Source: an uncultured bacterium (lineage in GTDB: Bacteria > Patescibacteriota > Minisyncoccia > Phycocordibacterales > UBA9973). From it: 64,000 nt of DNA. Position 1 is the stretch's first letter. The number at the start of each line of letters is the position of its first letter. The stretch spans positions 355,310-419,309 of the forward strand of contig CAITGV010000001.1 in assembly GCA_903892035.1 (NCBI GenBank), written 5' to 3'. This document shows positions 48,964 through 62,867 of the stretch, in pieces. The notes beneath the pieces are model-generated. The model searched no databases and was not told the origin of the DNA. It worked only from the letters and a program-made list of their open reading frames with translations. A program made the translations under genes and the position numbers.

Positions 48964-49107
48964 ATGTACACAAAGCACTTTTTGAAAATTCTTGTCGGTT
49001 TTGTAGGGCTACTTTTACTTGGAATTATTGGCCTTTTTCTCATAAACAGTTACGACCCAAACAATACTGGTAATCCTGTGAACCCAGTAAATCTCAAGGC
49101 GAAATAA
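48964..49107 (+). CDS. Small membrane protein
   Basis: MYTKHFLKILVGFVGLLLLGIIGLFL...; TATAAT 6 nt upstream. Confidence 0.45.
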   Translation: MYTKHFLKILVGFVGLLLLGIIGLFLINSYDPNNTGNPVNPVNLKAK

Positions 49108-49148
49108 GTTGACTTTTGTATTTTATCGTGTAATATATCAATATACGC

Positions 49149-49200
49149 TGTAGACAGCAGGTATCCCGAGCGTTAGTCGAGGGAACAAATCCTGCCGAGG
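49149..49200 (+). promoter_or_regulatory. Ribosomal protein L10 leader RNA
   Basis: gUAGACAGCAGG...aauCCUGCCGAGG pattern upstream of rplJ. Confidence 0.7.
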
Positions 49201-49276
49201 TTACTCAAAAATCATTTTTGATTTTGATACATCTGACCGCGTAGGTCGATTTTTTATTTTTATATTAAAAAATATT

Positions 49277-49768
49277 ATGGCTCTTACAAAAGCAAAAAAA
49301 GTTGAACTAGTAGGCGAGCTTGATACTGCAATCAAAGGTGCAAATTCTTTGGTTTTTGTTTCATTTGATCGCTTGTCAGTTGCAGATGCAAACAGTCTCC
49401 GTAAAGATCTCCGTGGAGAATCTGTCGGTTATAAAGTTGCAAAAAAGACTTTGATGAAACGTGCTCTTGATGCTGGAAAGTTTGTTGGTGTAATGCCCGA
49501 ACTTCCAGGAGAAATTGCTCTTGCTTACGGCACAGATGCAATCGCGCCTGCACGCGGAGTATACAACTTTCAAATGACACACAAAGACAATATAAAAATT
49601 GTCGGTGGAGTTTTTGAAGGAAAATATATGAACGCAGAAGAGATGATGGGAATTGCAACAATTCCTCCACTACAAGTTTTGCGTGGTATGTTTGTCAACG
49701 TTATCAATTCTCCAATTCAAGGTTTGGTGCTTGCACTAAATGCTGTTGCCGAGAAGAAAAGTGCTTAA
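49277..49768 (+). CDS. rplJ: 50S ribosomal protein L10
   Basis: LRKDLR...KVAKKTL, IATIPP; adjacent to rplL. Confidence 0.95.
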   Translation: MALTKAKKVELVGELDTAIKGANSLVFVSFDRLSVADANSLRKDLRGESVGYKVAKKTLMKRALDAGKFVGVMPELPGEIALAYGTDAIAPARGVYNFQMTHKDNIKIVGGVFEGKYMNAEEMMGIATIPPLQVLRGMFVNVINSPIQGLVLALNAVAEKKSA

Positions 49769-49876
49769 TTATTAATTTTGTTATTACGCAACAATTATTT
49801 TTTTACTCGCGCTTAACCCTCTCTACGGGGGCTCCGACGCGACTCGTAAAAAAGTAATTGTTGCTCATAGAAATTT

Positions 49877-50269
49877 ATGGAAGAAACAAATGTAAATGTA
49901 GAAGTTCCAGCAAAGTTCAAGGCAATCGTTGATGCAGTAGAATCAATGTCAGTTCTTGATTTGCACGAATTGGTTAAATTATTAGAAAAGAAATTTGGCG
50001 TTTCTGCTGCAGCAGTTGCTGTAGCTGGTCCTGCTGCAGGTCCTGCTGTTGAAGAAAAAGATTCTTTCACAGTAGTTTTGGCTGGTGCAGGTGAACAAAA
50101 AATTGCAGTTATGAAAGTTGTCAAAGAAGCTCTAGGTCTTGGTCTTAAAGAGGCAAAGGACTTAGTAGATGGTGCTCCTTCAACACTTAAAGACGGTTTG
50201 AAGAAAGCAGAAGCTGACGAACTTAAGAAAAAGCTTGAAGAAGCTGGTGCAAAAGTCGAGCTTAAGTAA
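49877..50269 (+). CDS. rplL: 50S ribosomal protein L7/L12
   Basis: [31 protein letters not shown]. Confidence 0.97.
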   Translation: MEETNVNVEVPAKFKAIVDAVESMSVLDLHELVKLLEKKFGVSAAAVAVAGPAAGPAVEEKDSFTVVLAGAGEQKIAVMKVVKEALGLGLKEAKDLVDGAPSTLKDGLKKAEADELKKKLEEAGAKVELK

Positions 50270-50354
50270 GCGAGATACTGAGCTTGTCGAAGTATAGATT
50301 TTACTCAATAGCAAAAAACACCCCTTTTGGGGTGTTTTTTGCTATAATGCAGAA

Positions 50355-51959
50355 ATGAAAAAAATAGCATTATTGTCAGTTTATAATAAAGAGGGAATTG
50401 TGGATTTTGCACACGAGCTAGTGGCCCTAGGTTGGGAAATAATTTCTTCCGGAGGAACTTCAAAAGCTCTTGTTGATGCAGGAATTTCTGTGACAGATGT
50501 TTCAGATATTACTGGAATGAAAGCAATATTAAGCCACAGAGTAGTGACACTTCACCCAAAAATTCACGGTGGACTTTTGGCTTTAAATACTCCAGAGCAT
50601 TTAGCAGAACTTGAGAAATATGAAATTCCTTGGATTGATATGGTTTGTTGTGATCTGTATCCATTAGCAGAAGAAATTGAAAAAGTAAATTCTACACGTG
50701 AATCAGTAATTGAAAAAACAGATATGGGAGGACCTGCAATGACGCGCTCAAGTGCAAAGGGTGGAAGAATTACAATTTGTGATCCAGCTGATCGACCACT
50801 CGTGATTGATTGGCTAAAAGCAGGTGAACCAGATCGTGAAATTTTTATACAGAATCTTTCAGCAAAAGCTGAATATATAATTTCAAAATATATATTCACT
50901 TCTGCGAAATATTTAAGTAAAGGTACGTACGAAGGATTTATTGGTGAGAAAATTGCAGAATGTAAATATGGAGAAAATGCATACCAGACACCAGCTGGAG
51001 TTTATTCGGTAAATAACTGTGACCCACTTTCTGTAGAAAATTTTAAATTAATTTCAGGTACGGCTCCTTCATACAATAATTATTGTGACCTAGATAGGAT
51101 GCTCACAACCATTACGCATATCGCCGGAGGGTACGATGTGAACTATGGGAAAGTTCCGAAAATTGCAATTGCTGTAAAACATGGAAATGCTTGCGGTGCG
51201 GCGGTCGGAGAAAATGAAAAAGAAGTTTTGGAAAAAATGATAATGGGAGATCCTCGAGCAATTTTTGGTGGACTTGTGATGACAAATTTTCCAATAGACG
51301 AAGGTCATGCAGAGAGTTTGCTTTCGTACAATATGCCAGAAGGGGTTCGAAGAATTCTCGACGGAATTATTGCACCAGATTTTGCTGAAAGTGCGATTGC
51401 AGTATTAAAAAGAAAAGGTGACAAATGTCGTTTTCTTGCAAATGAAGCTCTATTAAATTTAACAAAAAATTCTCTCGACAAGACACCACGTTTCCGTTAT
51501 GTGCGTGGAGGATTTTTTATGCAACCAAATTATTCTTATCTTTTAGATTTGAAACAAACAGAACTTGCAAAACATGGAAGTGCGACAGAGGCGCAAGAGC
51601 GCGATATGATTTTATCTTCAGCAATTGGTCACACTTCAAATTCAAATACTATTGCCTTGGTTCGCGAAGGACAGCTCATAGGTAACGGTGTCGGACAGCA
51701 AGACCGAGTCGGAGCTTGCGGACTTGCTATATCGAGAGCAGTTGGTGCAGGTCACAATACTCAGGGAGCAGTGGCGTACAGTGATTCTTTTTTCCCATTT
51801 CCAGATGCACCAGAAGTCCTAATAAAAAATGGTATTTCAGCAATATTTTCTACAAGTGGTTCGGTCAATGATGTGAAAGCTATCGACGTTTGCGCAAAGG
51901 CAAATGTGCCACTTTACCTCATTCCTGACACTTTGGGAAGGGGCTTTTTTGGTCATTAA
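50355..51959 (+). CDS. purH: Bifunctional AICAR transformylase / IMP cyclohydrolase
   Basis: ALLSVYNK, TLHPKIHGG, KYGEN, KHGNACG, SDSFFPF. Confidence 0.93.
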   Translation: MKKIALLSVYNKEGIVDFAHELVALGWEIISSGGTSKALVDAGISVTDVSDITGMKAILSHRVVTLHPKIHGGLLALNTPEHLAELEKYEIPWIDMVCCDLYPLAEEIEKVNSTRESVIEKTDMGGPAMTRSSAKGGRITICDPADRPLVIDWLKAGEPDREIFIQNLSAKAEYIISKYIFTSAKYLSKGTYEGFIGEKIAECKYGENAYQTPAGVYSVNNCDPLSVENFKLISGTAPSYNNYCDLDRMLTTITHIAGGYDVNYGKVPKIAIAVKHGNACGAAVGENEKEVLEKMIMGDPRAIFGGLVMTNFPIDEGHAESLLSYNMPEGVRRILDGIIAPDFAESAIAVLKRKGDKCRFLANEALLNLTKNSLDKTPRFRYVRGGFFMQPNYSYLLDLKQTELAKHGSATEAQERDMILSSAIGHTSNSNTIALVREGQLIGNGVGQQDRVGACGLAISRAVGAGHNTQGAVAYSDSFFPFPDAPEVLIKNGISAIFSTSGSVNDVKAIDVCAKANVPLYLIPDTLGRGFFGH

Positions 51960-51979
51960 TTTAGTGCTATAATACCCCC

Positions 51980-52573
51980 ATGGAAACACTCGGAAAACTA
52001 TTCGGCGGCACGGGACAAGTCAAAATAATGCGACTTTTTTTACTTAATCCTGAGGCGCCTTTTACTACAAAAGAAGTGGCATATAGAAGCAAGGTTACAA
52101 TTTCTCTAGCCCGCAAAGAGATAAACGGTTTGATTGGCGCAAAATTTTTGAAAAAGAAAAGTGGTGCAAAATCTGTAACATTTATTTTAAATCCCACTTT
52201 CCCATATTTAGTACAAATGCGCAGTCTTTTGATTGATGCAAATATTTTGAAAGGTGATGAAATTGCTCGAAGATTTAAAAATGCTGGAAGAATAAAACTC
52301 CTCGTTATTTCTGGAATATTTATAAAAGATCCTGAAAGTCGTGTAGATATTTTGATAGTAGGAGAGAATCTTATCAAAAGTAAAATCGACAATGCAGTAC
52401 GACTTCTTGAATCTGAAATTGGAAAAGAACTTTCTTATGCGACATTTGAAACTCCTGACTTTTTGTATCGTTTAAGTATGTACGACAAGCTTGTTTGCGA
52501 CATACTAGACTTTCCTCATGAGCGTGTTATAGAGGGTATAAAGTTATCCACATACGCCTTAAAAAAAAGCTAG
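51980..52573 (+). CDS. wHTH plus nucleotidyltransferase-like hypothetical protein
   Basis: LGKLFG...VKIMRLFLLNP; SGIF...VDILIVG. Confidence 0.6.
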   Translation: METLGKLFGGTGQVKIMRLFLLNPEAPFTTKEVAYRSKVTISLARKEINGLIGAKFLKKKSGAKSVTFILNPTFPYLVQMRSLLIDANILKGDEIARRFKNAGRIKLLVISGIFIKDPESRVDILIVGENLIKSKIDNAVRLLESEIGKELSYATFETPDFLYRLSMYDKLVCDILDFPHERVIEGIKLSTYALKKS

Positions 52574-52655
52574 AAATTGGTATAATAGATACAGTACTTT
52601 GGAAGGTCGAACTTTAAGGGTATCAATTATCAGTAATTATTAATATTCAATATAT

Positions 52656-53345
52656 ATGTTGATTCAACAATGGGGTGATGTCTTTACAGCTTCTCTCCAA
52701 AATCTTTGGTTCGGATTTATTGGCTTTATGCCAAGTTTGCTCCTAGCCATTATTATTTTCTTGCTAGGTTGGTTCGTAGGGTCGATCATTGGTGAGGCTA
52801 TCAATAAAGCAATCACTGCTCTCAAGGTAGACAATCTTGCAGCAAGCATTGGAGCAGAAAAGTTTTTTGCTCGCGCTGGAATGAAGCTTTCAATCGGTGG
52901 TTTTATCGGAGGTTTGGTAAAGTGGTTTTTAGTAATCGCTTTCCTTATTCCATCTCTTGAGCTTTTGAAGATGACTTACGTAACAGAATTTTTGCAAGGT
53001 GTTGTACTTTCATACCTTCCACACGTAATTGCTGCAGCATTAGTTCTAATCGTTGCAACTCTTGTTGCTGACACAATGGCTAAAATCATTGCTGGTTCTG
53101 CAAAGGGTGCAAATCTAAAAGGCGCAGACTTTTTGGGTACAATGACACGTTGGGCAATTTGGATTACAGCTTTTGTAATCGCTCTTGATCAACTTTCAAT
53201 TGGTGCTCAATACGTCAATATCATTTTCGAAGGTCTAGTGGCAATGCTTGTTATTGCTGGAGGTCTTGCTTTTGGTCTTGGTGGAAAAGATGCTGCATCT
53301 CGCACTATCGAAAAAATCAAATCAGATATCGGTCACGGAAACTAA
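52656..53345 (+). CDS. TM-helix repeat protein (CmpX / small-conductance mechanosensitive channel-like)
   Basis: Repeated P.L..A..I helices; LAFGLGGKD. Confidence 0.8.
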   Translation: MLIQQWGDVFTASLQNLWFGFIGFMPSLLLAIIIFLLGWFVGSIIGEAINKAITALKVDNLAASIGAEKFFARAGMKLSIGGFIGGLVKWFLVIAFLIPSLELLKMTYVTEFLQGVVLSYLPHVIAAALVLIVATLVADTMAKIIAGSAKGANLKGADFLGTMTRWAIWITAFVIALDQLSIGAQYVNIIFEGLVAMLVIAGGLAFGLGGKDAASRTIEKIKSDIGHGN

Positions 53346-53511
53346 ATATTCAATATTTAAATTTCACCAAAAAGCCCTCCGACCTAGGTCAGAGGGCTTT
53401 TTGTATGGAGCTCAAACCCATCCGCCCTTCGGGCACCTTCCCTTATCAGGGAAGGCAACTGCTGACGAGTTTTTGTTTTGCTTTAAAGGCAACGTTTGGT
53501 ATACTTTAACT

Positions 53512-53697
53512 ATGTTGAGTTCGCTTACAAACCTTAATGCATTGGGAGAAATAAGTAAAGATATCGGACAAATTTTTTTCGCCTCCGTTTTTCTTACAAG
53601 TATTACGGGTGGTAACGTGAACTATTTTACTGTTATTTTAGGACTTTTTTTATCAATTGGATTTTGGTCGGTTTACTTGATAACTAGAAAATATTAA
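53512..53697 (+). CDS. Small two-TM membrane protein
   Basis: MLSSLTNLNALGEISKDIGQIFFAS...; TATACT upstream. Confidence 0.6.
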   Translation: MLSSLTNLNALGEISKDIGQIFFASVFLTSITGGNVNYFTVILGLFLSIGFWSVYLITRKY

Positions 53698-53706
53698 TAA
53701 TTAATT

Positions 53707-53808
53707 ATGAATACAAATGTTATGATAAATATATATATATTGGGAGCCCTTCTTCTTATTGCGATTATACTTTTAATAATTGCGGGAAAGAAGACTCAAG
53801 GAAAATAA
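53707..53808 (+). CDS. Small single-TM peptide (33 aa)
   Basis: MNTNVMINIYILGALLLIAIILLIIAGKKTQGK. Confidence 0.45.
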   Translation: MNTNVMINIYILGALLLIAIILLIIAGKKTQGK

Positions 53809-53940
53809 AGATGCTGTAATTTTCTGCAAAAGCCCTCCGATCTAGGTCGTGGGGCTTTTTGCATGGCTGTAAGATTGGTGGTTTATATGCGTCTTAGTAT
53901 AGGTACAGTTATTATTAAGGTTTATTAATCATTAAATTAT

Positions 53941-54948
53941 ATGAAAAAATTAAGTATCGGTTTTTTAATAGCATCTTTCCTTTTTATGGGATTTGGTGCT
54001 CAGTATGCAAGTGCAGGTTTTACAAAAGTATCTTTGCCACCGCAAATAATACATTCACAACCAACTCCAAATTGGTTTTATTCCACTATTAATTCCGCGT
54101 ATGGAAATCAAAATACGACATCAAATAATAGTCATTATGTTATTGCAAAATATTTAATTACAAACGCCGCGTCAGAACCAGTGCGTCTGACAAATTTGAA
54201 ACTTGATGCAACCTTGGTTGGAGTCAATGCAACAAACTTTACAAATGTTACATTCTACAATCCAGGTGCAAACTCAAACTACGCCGCTCCGTACAATCCT
54301 TCATCATTTCCATACAATGAAGCGATACCCGCAATTATTTTTGGATCACACGAAACTAAGCAAGTAGTAGTGTATGCTGATATTGGTGCAAATGTTTCCG
54401 GAAGTATTACTACAAATCTTACTCCTACTGGTATAGGTCAAAATACATTTACACTATTTACTCCACCATCTTCAACCGTTGGACAGACAATAACAATAAA
54501 TAATATGTTGGAATGTAATCCAACAGTTCAACAGATTGCACTACCAAATACTATCTTGTCCGTTGGTATCCTAACAACTTCAGAATATTTATTTACAAAT
54601 CCAGTTGGGCATAATGATTGTAAATTAAGTAGCATTACAATTCGAAGAATGCCATCAATTCATACAACATTTTCAATAGGGGACTTGGTTGTTGTTGATC
54701 CATTAACAAATACAACCTTAATACAATCTCCGACAATTGGAAGTTATCAAACACTTAATTTTACAACTCCGTGGATAATTCATGGTGGTACAGATGTAGG
54801 ATTATTTGTAAAAACAAGATTTAATGGCACTCCTCAAATTGGAGACACCTTCCCGAGTTACTTTTCAGCAGTTAATATGACGGATGCATCTACTGCAATA
54901 ACAGTAAATCCAATATTACCTGTAACCTGGCAAACACTTAACTTTTAA
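53941..54948 (+). CDS. Secreted beta-rich hypothetical protein
   Basis: Signal peptide; Thr/Asn-rich modules resembling those of the S-layer-like protein. Confidence 0.7.
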   Translation: MKKLSIGFLIASFLFMGFGAQYASAGFTKVSLPPQIIHSQPTPNWFYSTINSAYGNQNTTSNNSHYVIAKYLITNAASEPVRLTNLKLDATLVGVNATNFTNVTFYNPGANSNYAAPYNPSSFPYNEAIPAIIFGSHETKQVVVYADIGANVSGSITTNLTPTGIGQNTFTLFTPPSSTVGQTITINNMLECNPTVQQIALPNTILSVGILTTSEYLFTNPVGHNDCKLSSITIRRMPSIHTTFSIGDLVVVDPLTNTTLIQSPTIGSYQTLNFTTPWIIHGGTDVGLFVKTRFNGTPQIGDTFPSYFSAVNMTDASTAITVNPILPVTWQTLNF

Positions 54949-55060
54949 AAAATAGTAAATTGTTTTAATACAAAAAGCCCCAGAAAAGGGGCTTTTTGTA
55001 TGGGTATTTGGCTTTTCCACAGGGTATGCCCAGAACCCCATTTGAGGGGTATTTAGGGGC

Positions 55061-55089
55061 TTGACTTTAATTTTGGCTTCGTATATACT
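55061..55089 (+). promoter_or_regulatory. rRNA promoter
   Basis: TTGACT-17-TATACT about 300 nt upstream of the 23S gene. Confidence 0.7.
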
Positions 55090-55390
55090 AGCCACTACAG
55101 ATATGAATAACAAAAAGCAAACAAATCTATCGTGAGGCGGTGAAATAAACGTTTAGTTTGTTTTACCCGCCGAGAGGCGGTTTTCTTTTTTTCAGAACGA
55201 TCATTCATTAATAAATAAATCCTGTTGCACACAAAAATTATTTCTTCCAAAGTAAGAATTTATTTTTTATTTTGGTGGGTCTTTGAGCCGTGTGTAAACA
55301 GAACCTCGAAGTTTTTATTTTTTTCGCCAAGCGGTTGGTATCAGAGAAATAAAAACTTCGAAAAACGAAAATTGTGATTTTTAAATTTCC

Positions 55391-58850
<3,460 letters not shown>

Positions 58851-58964
58851 AAATTTGAAAATCACACTCATTATTTATATAATGAGCAAAAATATTCGTT
58901 GAGGAAATTAAAATCCTCTTTTGTTTCTTCCCATAATCGTGGGAAGTTAGTATTCAGTTTTATG

Positions 58965-59072
58965 TTTTGGTGGTTTAACGCTAGGGTCACACCTTTTCCC
59001 ATTCCGAACAGAGAAGTTAAGCCTAGTAGTGGCGATGATAGTCTTTTAGGCAAAAGTAGCTAGCCGCCAGAA
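58965..59072 (+). rRNA. rrf: 5S rRNA
   Basis: cacc...cccattccgaacagagaagttaagcc; terminal tggtgg/ccgcca helix. Confidence 0.93.
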
Positions 59073-59222
59073 CATAGTACTGAATTAAAATCTAAAATAT
59101 AGCCAGACAAAAAATCTGGTTTTTTGTGTTATCTAAAATTAATATACCACCCCCCTGACCCCCTCCTAATTTAGGAGGGGGTTTACTGTGCATTAATTAA
59201 AAATAGTTGTATAATTAATTTT

Positions 59223-59378
59223 ATGCAAACATCAAAATTTGATCGAGTGGTAAAAACTTTATTTTTAAGTTTGATGGTCATTGGACTAGCCGCGGGTATT
59301 TTGCGTGGTATGCAAGTACAAAATCAAATTCAAGCGAATACAATTTCTGCAAATCAAAATGTAAATTTGAGTAAATAA
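59223..59378 (+). CDS. Small single-TM protein
   Basis: 51-aa ORF, MQTSKFDRVVKTLFLSLMVIGLAAG...; TATAAT upstream. Confidence 0.45.
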   Translation: MQTSKFDRVVKTLFLSLMVIGLAAGILRGMQVQNQIQANTISANQNVNLSK

Positions 59379-59404
59379 AACTTTATTAACTAATTTAAAA
59401 TCAT

Positions 59405-60016
59405 ATGCAAAATAATTCAAAAATAAATACAGCATTGTTATCAATTATCATCGTTCTTCTTTTGGTCGGAATATATTTAATGGTTACAAAAAAAGAAACT
59501 CCAAATGAGTTGGGACAAGTTACCCCAGGTCCGCAACTAAATACAACAGATAATACACAGAATACTCAAAACAACACTCCGCCAGTTACACCACCAGAAA
59601 ATAATAACCCAGTTGTGCCAGCGGGTTGGTCTATGGTTTCAGAAAACGGAATGAGTGCTACTATACCTGCAGGATATTCTCATAATACAGAATTTGCTCG
59701 AGCTGCAGGATTTAATGCTGTTACACTTAATATAGGCTCTGGCAATAAACTCGTTGTCAGTATTTACAAATGGAACAATCAAGTACTTTTTAATGAATCT
59801 GTACCACAAGGAGTATCGAGCGACTATACACTAATAAATAATAACTATCAGATAAGTGGACTAACTGGGAAATATTATCAAAGAAGCACAGCAATTGGTG
59901 GAGGGAATTTAATTGTTGTACCTTCAAAATTAGTTGTTATTGATATTCAGCCAGCTTCATTTATAGGTGTTCCTCAGGCAATTATTGATCAAATTGTGGC
60001 TTCTATCAAACTCTAG
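59405..60016 (+). CDS. Hypothetical membrane-anchored protein
   Basis: TM segment, Pro/Asn/Thr linker, PsbP-like C-terminal end (IDQIVASIKL). Confidence 0.65.
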   Translation: MQNNSKINTALLSIIIVLLLVGIYLMVTKKETPNELGQVTPGPQLNTTDNTQNTQNNTPPVTPPENNNPVVPAGWSMVSENGMSATIPAGYSHNTEFARAAGFNAVTLNIGSGNKLVVSIYKWNNQVLFNESVPQGVSSDYTLINNNYQISGLTGKYYQRSTAIGGGNLIVVPSKLVVIDIQPASFIGVPQAIIDQIVASIKL

Positions 60017-60053
60017 TTTTCCGACTGAGCTTATTTTTGCTATGATATAGTAT

Positions 60054-60842
60054 ATGGCACTTACGTGGGCGGGGAAGAGACAATTGACGGTAATGGGAAT
60101 AATTTTTGGAGCAATTTTGATTGTGGCTTCTTTTTATATTATTCCAGCTGTGACAAAAGCACCGACGTGCTCTGACGGTGTGCAAAATGGTACAGAGACA
60201 GGGGTAGACTGTGGAGGAAAATGTCCGACTTTTTGTGCATTTGAAGTGACAAAGCCAATAGTGCTTTGGTCACAAGCATTTCCAGTTTCCGATACAGTTT
60301 ACAATTTGGCTGCTTATGTAGAAAATCAAAATACAAATGCTGCAGTAAATTCTATTTCATATAATTTTAAAATTTATGATTCAAATTATGTATTTATTGC
60401 CGAGCATGCAGGTAGTGCTTTTATTCCACCAAAAGGAAATTTTGTAATTTTTGATGCAGGAGTATATGTAGGAAATAGAATTCCAGTTCATACAAAATTT
60501 GAATTTACATCTTCTCCAAATTGGTTGAAAGTCTCGCAAGCGACTATGGACAAGATTCCAGTTCTAACTGTTTCAGACCAAGATCTGACAAACGTAGGGA
60601 CAATTCCTACACTTGTGGCAAAAGTTTCAAATCATTCAGTATATACAGTAAATGACGTTGCCGTAGTAGCCATCCTGTCAGGTGATGATGGAAATGCAAT
60701 TGGTGTTTCTCAAACTACGATTGATACATTGAATGCAAATGATTCAAAACAAATATTTTTTACTTGGCCAAAAGCTTTAAATGGCGTCGTGAAAAAAATT
60801 GATATAATTCCAAAATTCGATTATTCATCGATAAAATTCTAA
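60054..60842 (+). CDS. Hypothetical membrane-anchored protein with Cys-rich motif
   Basis: PTCSDGVQNGTETGVDCGGKC followed by two Ig-like domains. Confidence 0.75.
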   Translation: MALTWAGKRQLTVMGIIFGAILIVASFYIIPAVTKAPTCSDGVQNGTETGVDCGGKCPTFCAFEVTKPIVLWSQAFPVSDTVYNLAAYVENQNTNAAVNSISYNFKIYDSNYVFIAEHAGSAFIPPKGNFVIFDAGVYVGNRIPVHTKFEFTSSPNWLKVSQATMDKIPVLTVSDQDLTNVGTIPTLVAKVSNHSVYTVNDVAVVAILSGDDGNAIGVSQTTIDTLNANDSKQIFFTWPKALNGVVKKIDIIPKFDYSSIKF

Positions 60843-61970
60843 ATGTTTGTAAATATTTCAAAAAAAATAGATTGGCTTTTGCTTTTATTTTTGGCGCCAA
60901 TCCTTTCCGCAGGGCTTGTCACAATGAAGTCTTTTCAATCGACAGGGGACACACATTTTTTTACTAGACAATTGGTTTGGATTTTAATTTGTTTTGGTGT
61001 TTTTTTTGTATGTTCCGTAATGGATTTTCGTTTTCTAAAAAGAAGATATGTTTTACCTACAATTTATCTAATTTGTTCTGGACTTTTAGTTTTGGTTTTT
61101 ATTGCTGGCCACACGGCAAATGGCGCAAAAAGCTGGTTTTCTATAGCTGGAATTGCTTTTCAGCCTTCGGATATAATGAAATTGGTTTTAGTAATAATGC
61201 TTTCAAAATATTTTTCTCGCCGTCATGTGGAAATTGCAAATTTTAAACATATTATAATTTCAGGTGTATATGCACTCATACCTTTCGGCTTAATTTTAAT
61301 TGAACCAGACTTTGGTTCTGCTATAATTATATTTTTTGTGTGGCTTGGAATGATACTTTTTTCCGGTATTTCAAAAAAACATTTATTAATTGTTTTTGCT
61401 GTTGGGGCTAGTGCATTTTTAGTTCTCTGGAGTTTTGTTTTTCATCCTTACCAAAAAGAAAGAATTTCAAATTTCCTAAATCCAATGTCGGACATTCACG
61501 GTACGGGTTACAATTCATATCAGGCAACGATTGCTGTCGGGTCAGGAAAATTGTTAGGTAAAGGAGTTGGTTTTGGTACCCAGTCACGTTTACAATTTTT
61601 ACCTGAATATCAGACTGACTTTATTTTTGCAGCTTATGCAGAAGAATGGGGTTTTGTTGGTGTTTTACTACTTTTTGTTTTTTTCGGCTTATTTTTATGG
61701 CGAATACTATTCAATGCAATGCACGGAGCAACAAACTTTGAAATACTTTTTGGTGTTGGACTTGCAGTCTTGTTTATGAGTCACGTAATTGTTAATGTAG
61801 GTATGGTTATTGGGCTGTTGCCGGTGACAGGAGTCACCTTGCCTTTTATGAGCTATGGAGGGTCACATTTATTAACAGAATTTGTCGGACTTGGAATTTT
61901 AATGAGCATGCGTAGATATGCCAGAGCGACGCACCGTGACAATATGCGCAATGAATTTTTAGGAATATAA
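60843..61970 (+). CDS. rodA: Rod shape-determining protein RodA (SEDS family)
   Basis: GAKSW, FQPSD, EPDFG, LPEYQTDFIF, LPFMSYGGS. Confidence 0.92.
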   Translation: MFVNISKKIDWLLLLFLAPILSAGLVTMKSFQSTGDTHFFTRQLVWILICFGVFFVCSVMDFRFLKRRYVLPTIYLICSGLLVLVFIAGHTANGAKSWFSIAGIAFQPSDIMKLVLVIMLSKYFSRRHVEIANFKHIIISGVYALIPFGLILIEPDFGSAIIIFFVWLGMILFSGISKKHLLIVFAVGASAFLVLWSFVFHPYQKERISNFLNPMSDIHGTGYNSYQATIAVGSGKLLGKGVGFGTQSRLQFLPEYQTDFIFAAYAEEWGFVGVLLLFVFFGLFLWRILFNAMHGATNFEILFGVGLAVLFMSHVIVNVGMVIGLLPVTGVTLPFMSYGGSHLLTEFVGLGILMSMRRYARATHRDNMRNEFLGI

Positions 61971-61974
61971 TTTT

Positions 61975-62814
61975 ATGCAAGAAACAAATATTATCAATGG
62001 TAGAAAAATGAGAGATGCTATTTTAGCAGACCTGAAACTTGAGGTGGCAGAATTATCTTTTCAGCCTTGCTTTGTGGATGTACTAGTTGGTTCCGATGGA
62101 CCTTCTGCTCAATACGTTGGAATGAAAAATAGAATAGCAGAAAGTATTGGTATAAAAACTGTTCATGCAGCTTATCCAGAAAATATTTCAACTGACGACT
62201 TAATTTTAGAAATAGAAAAATTAAGCAAGCTTCCACATATGTGTGGGCTTATTGTTCAACTTCCGCTTCCAGCATCAATCGATACAAAAAAAGTTTTAGA
62301 CGCAATACCTCCACATATAGATGTCGATGCGACAGGGGAGGAAAATAGCCTACTTTTTTATGAAGGAAAATACAGATTTTTATTTCCGACTGCTGCAGCA
62401 ATTATTGAAATTCTCGATTCTACTGGTGTCGCGCTCAATGGAAAAAAGATTGTTGTAATTGGTCAGGGGAAACTTGTCGGAACTCCTGTTACTTTTTTGC
62501 TAAAATCTCGAGGACTTCATGTCGAAACTGTAGTAAAAGAAACAATAAATAAAGATGAAATAATAAAAAATGCTGATGTGATAATCACCGCAGTTGGAAA
62601 AGCAAAATTAATTATGGGTGAAATGATTAAAAAAGGAGTAATAATAATTGATGCTGGTACTTCTGAATCAAAAGGAGGAATTGCAGGTGATGTAGATTTC
62701 GAAACTGTAAATTGTATTGCTGGGTATTTATCTCCTGTACCGGGTGGGGTAGGGCCGATGACTGTGGCAGTACTTATGAAGAATGTAGTTTTATCAGCTA
62801 AACGTATCACTTAA
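61975..62814 (+). CDS. folD: Methylenetetrahydrofolate dehydrogenase/cyclohydrolase
   Basis: GLIVQLPLP, GDVDF, PVPGGVGPMT. Confidence 0.95.
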   Translation: MQETNIINGRKMRDAILADLKLEVAELSFQPCFVDVLVGSDGPSAQYVGMKNRIAESIGIKTVHAAYPENISTDDLILEIEKLSKLPHMCGLIVQLPLPASIDTKKVLDAIPPHIDVDATGEENSLLFYEGKYRFLFPTAAAIIEILDSTGVALNGKKIVVIGQGKLVGTPVTFLLKSRGLHVETVVKETINKDEIIKNADVIITAVGKAKLIMGEMIKKGVIIIDAGTSESKGGIAGDVDFETVNCIAGYLSPVPGGVGPMTVAVLMKNVVLSAKRIT

Positions 62815-62867
62815 TAGTTGGACTACTGGGCTCATTGAGTAGTCCAACTATTAAGTACAACATATTT

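Larger units (their letters stand above)
53368..55003 (+). repeat. Three related terminator repeats
   Basis: caaaa(a)gccc-N-gggctttttgYatgg at 53368-53408, 53827-53866 and 54971-55003. Confidence 0.7.

Noticed and set aside
53248-53511. 5' part of the 149-aa ORF
   Set aside because: It runs through the previous gene's end, a terminator and a repeat; the likely start is 53512.
62815-62849. Palindrome agttggactact...agtagtccaact after folD
   Set aside because: Single copy in the window; most simply a terminator or stability hairpin.
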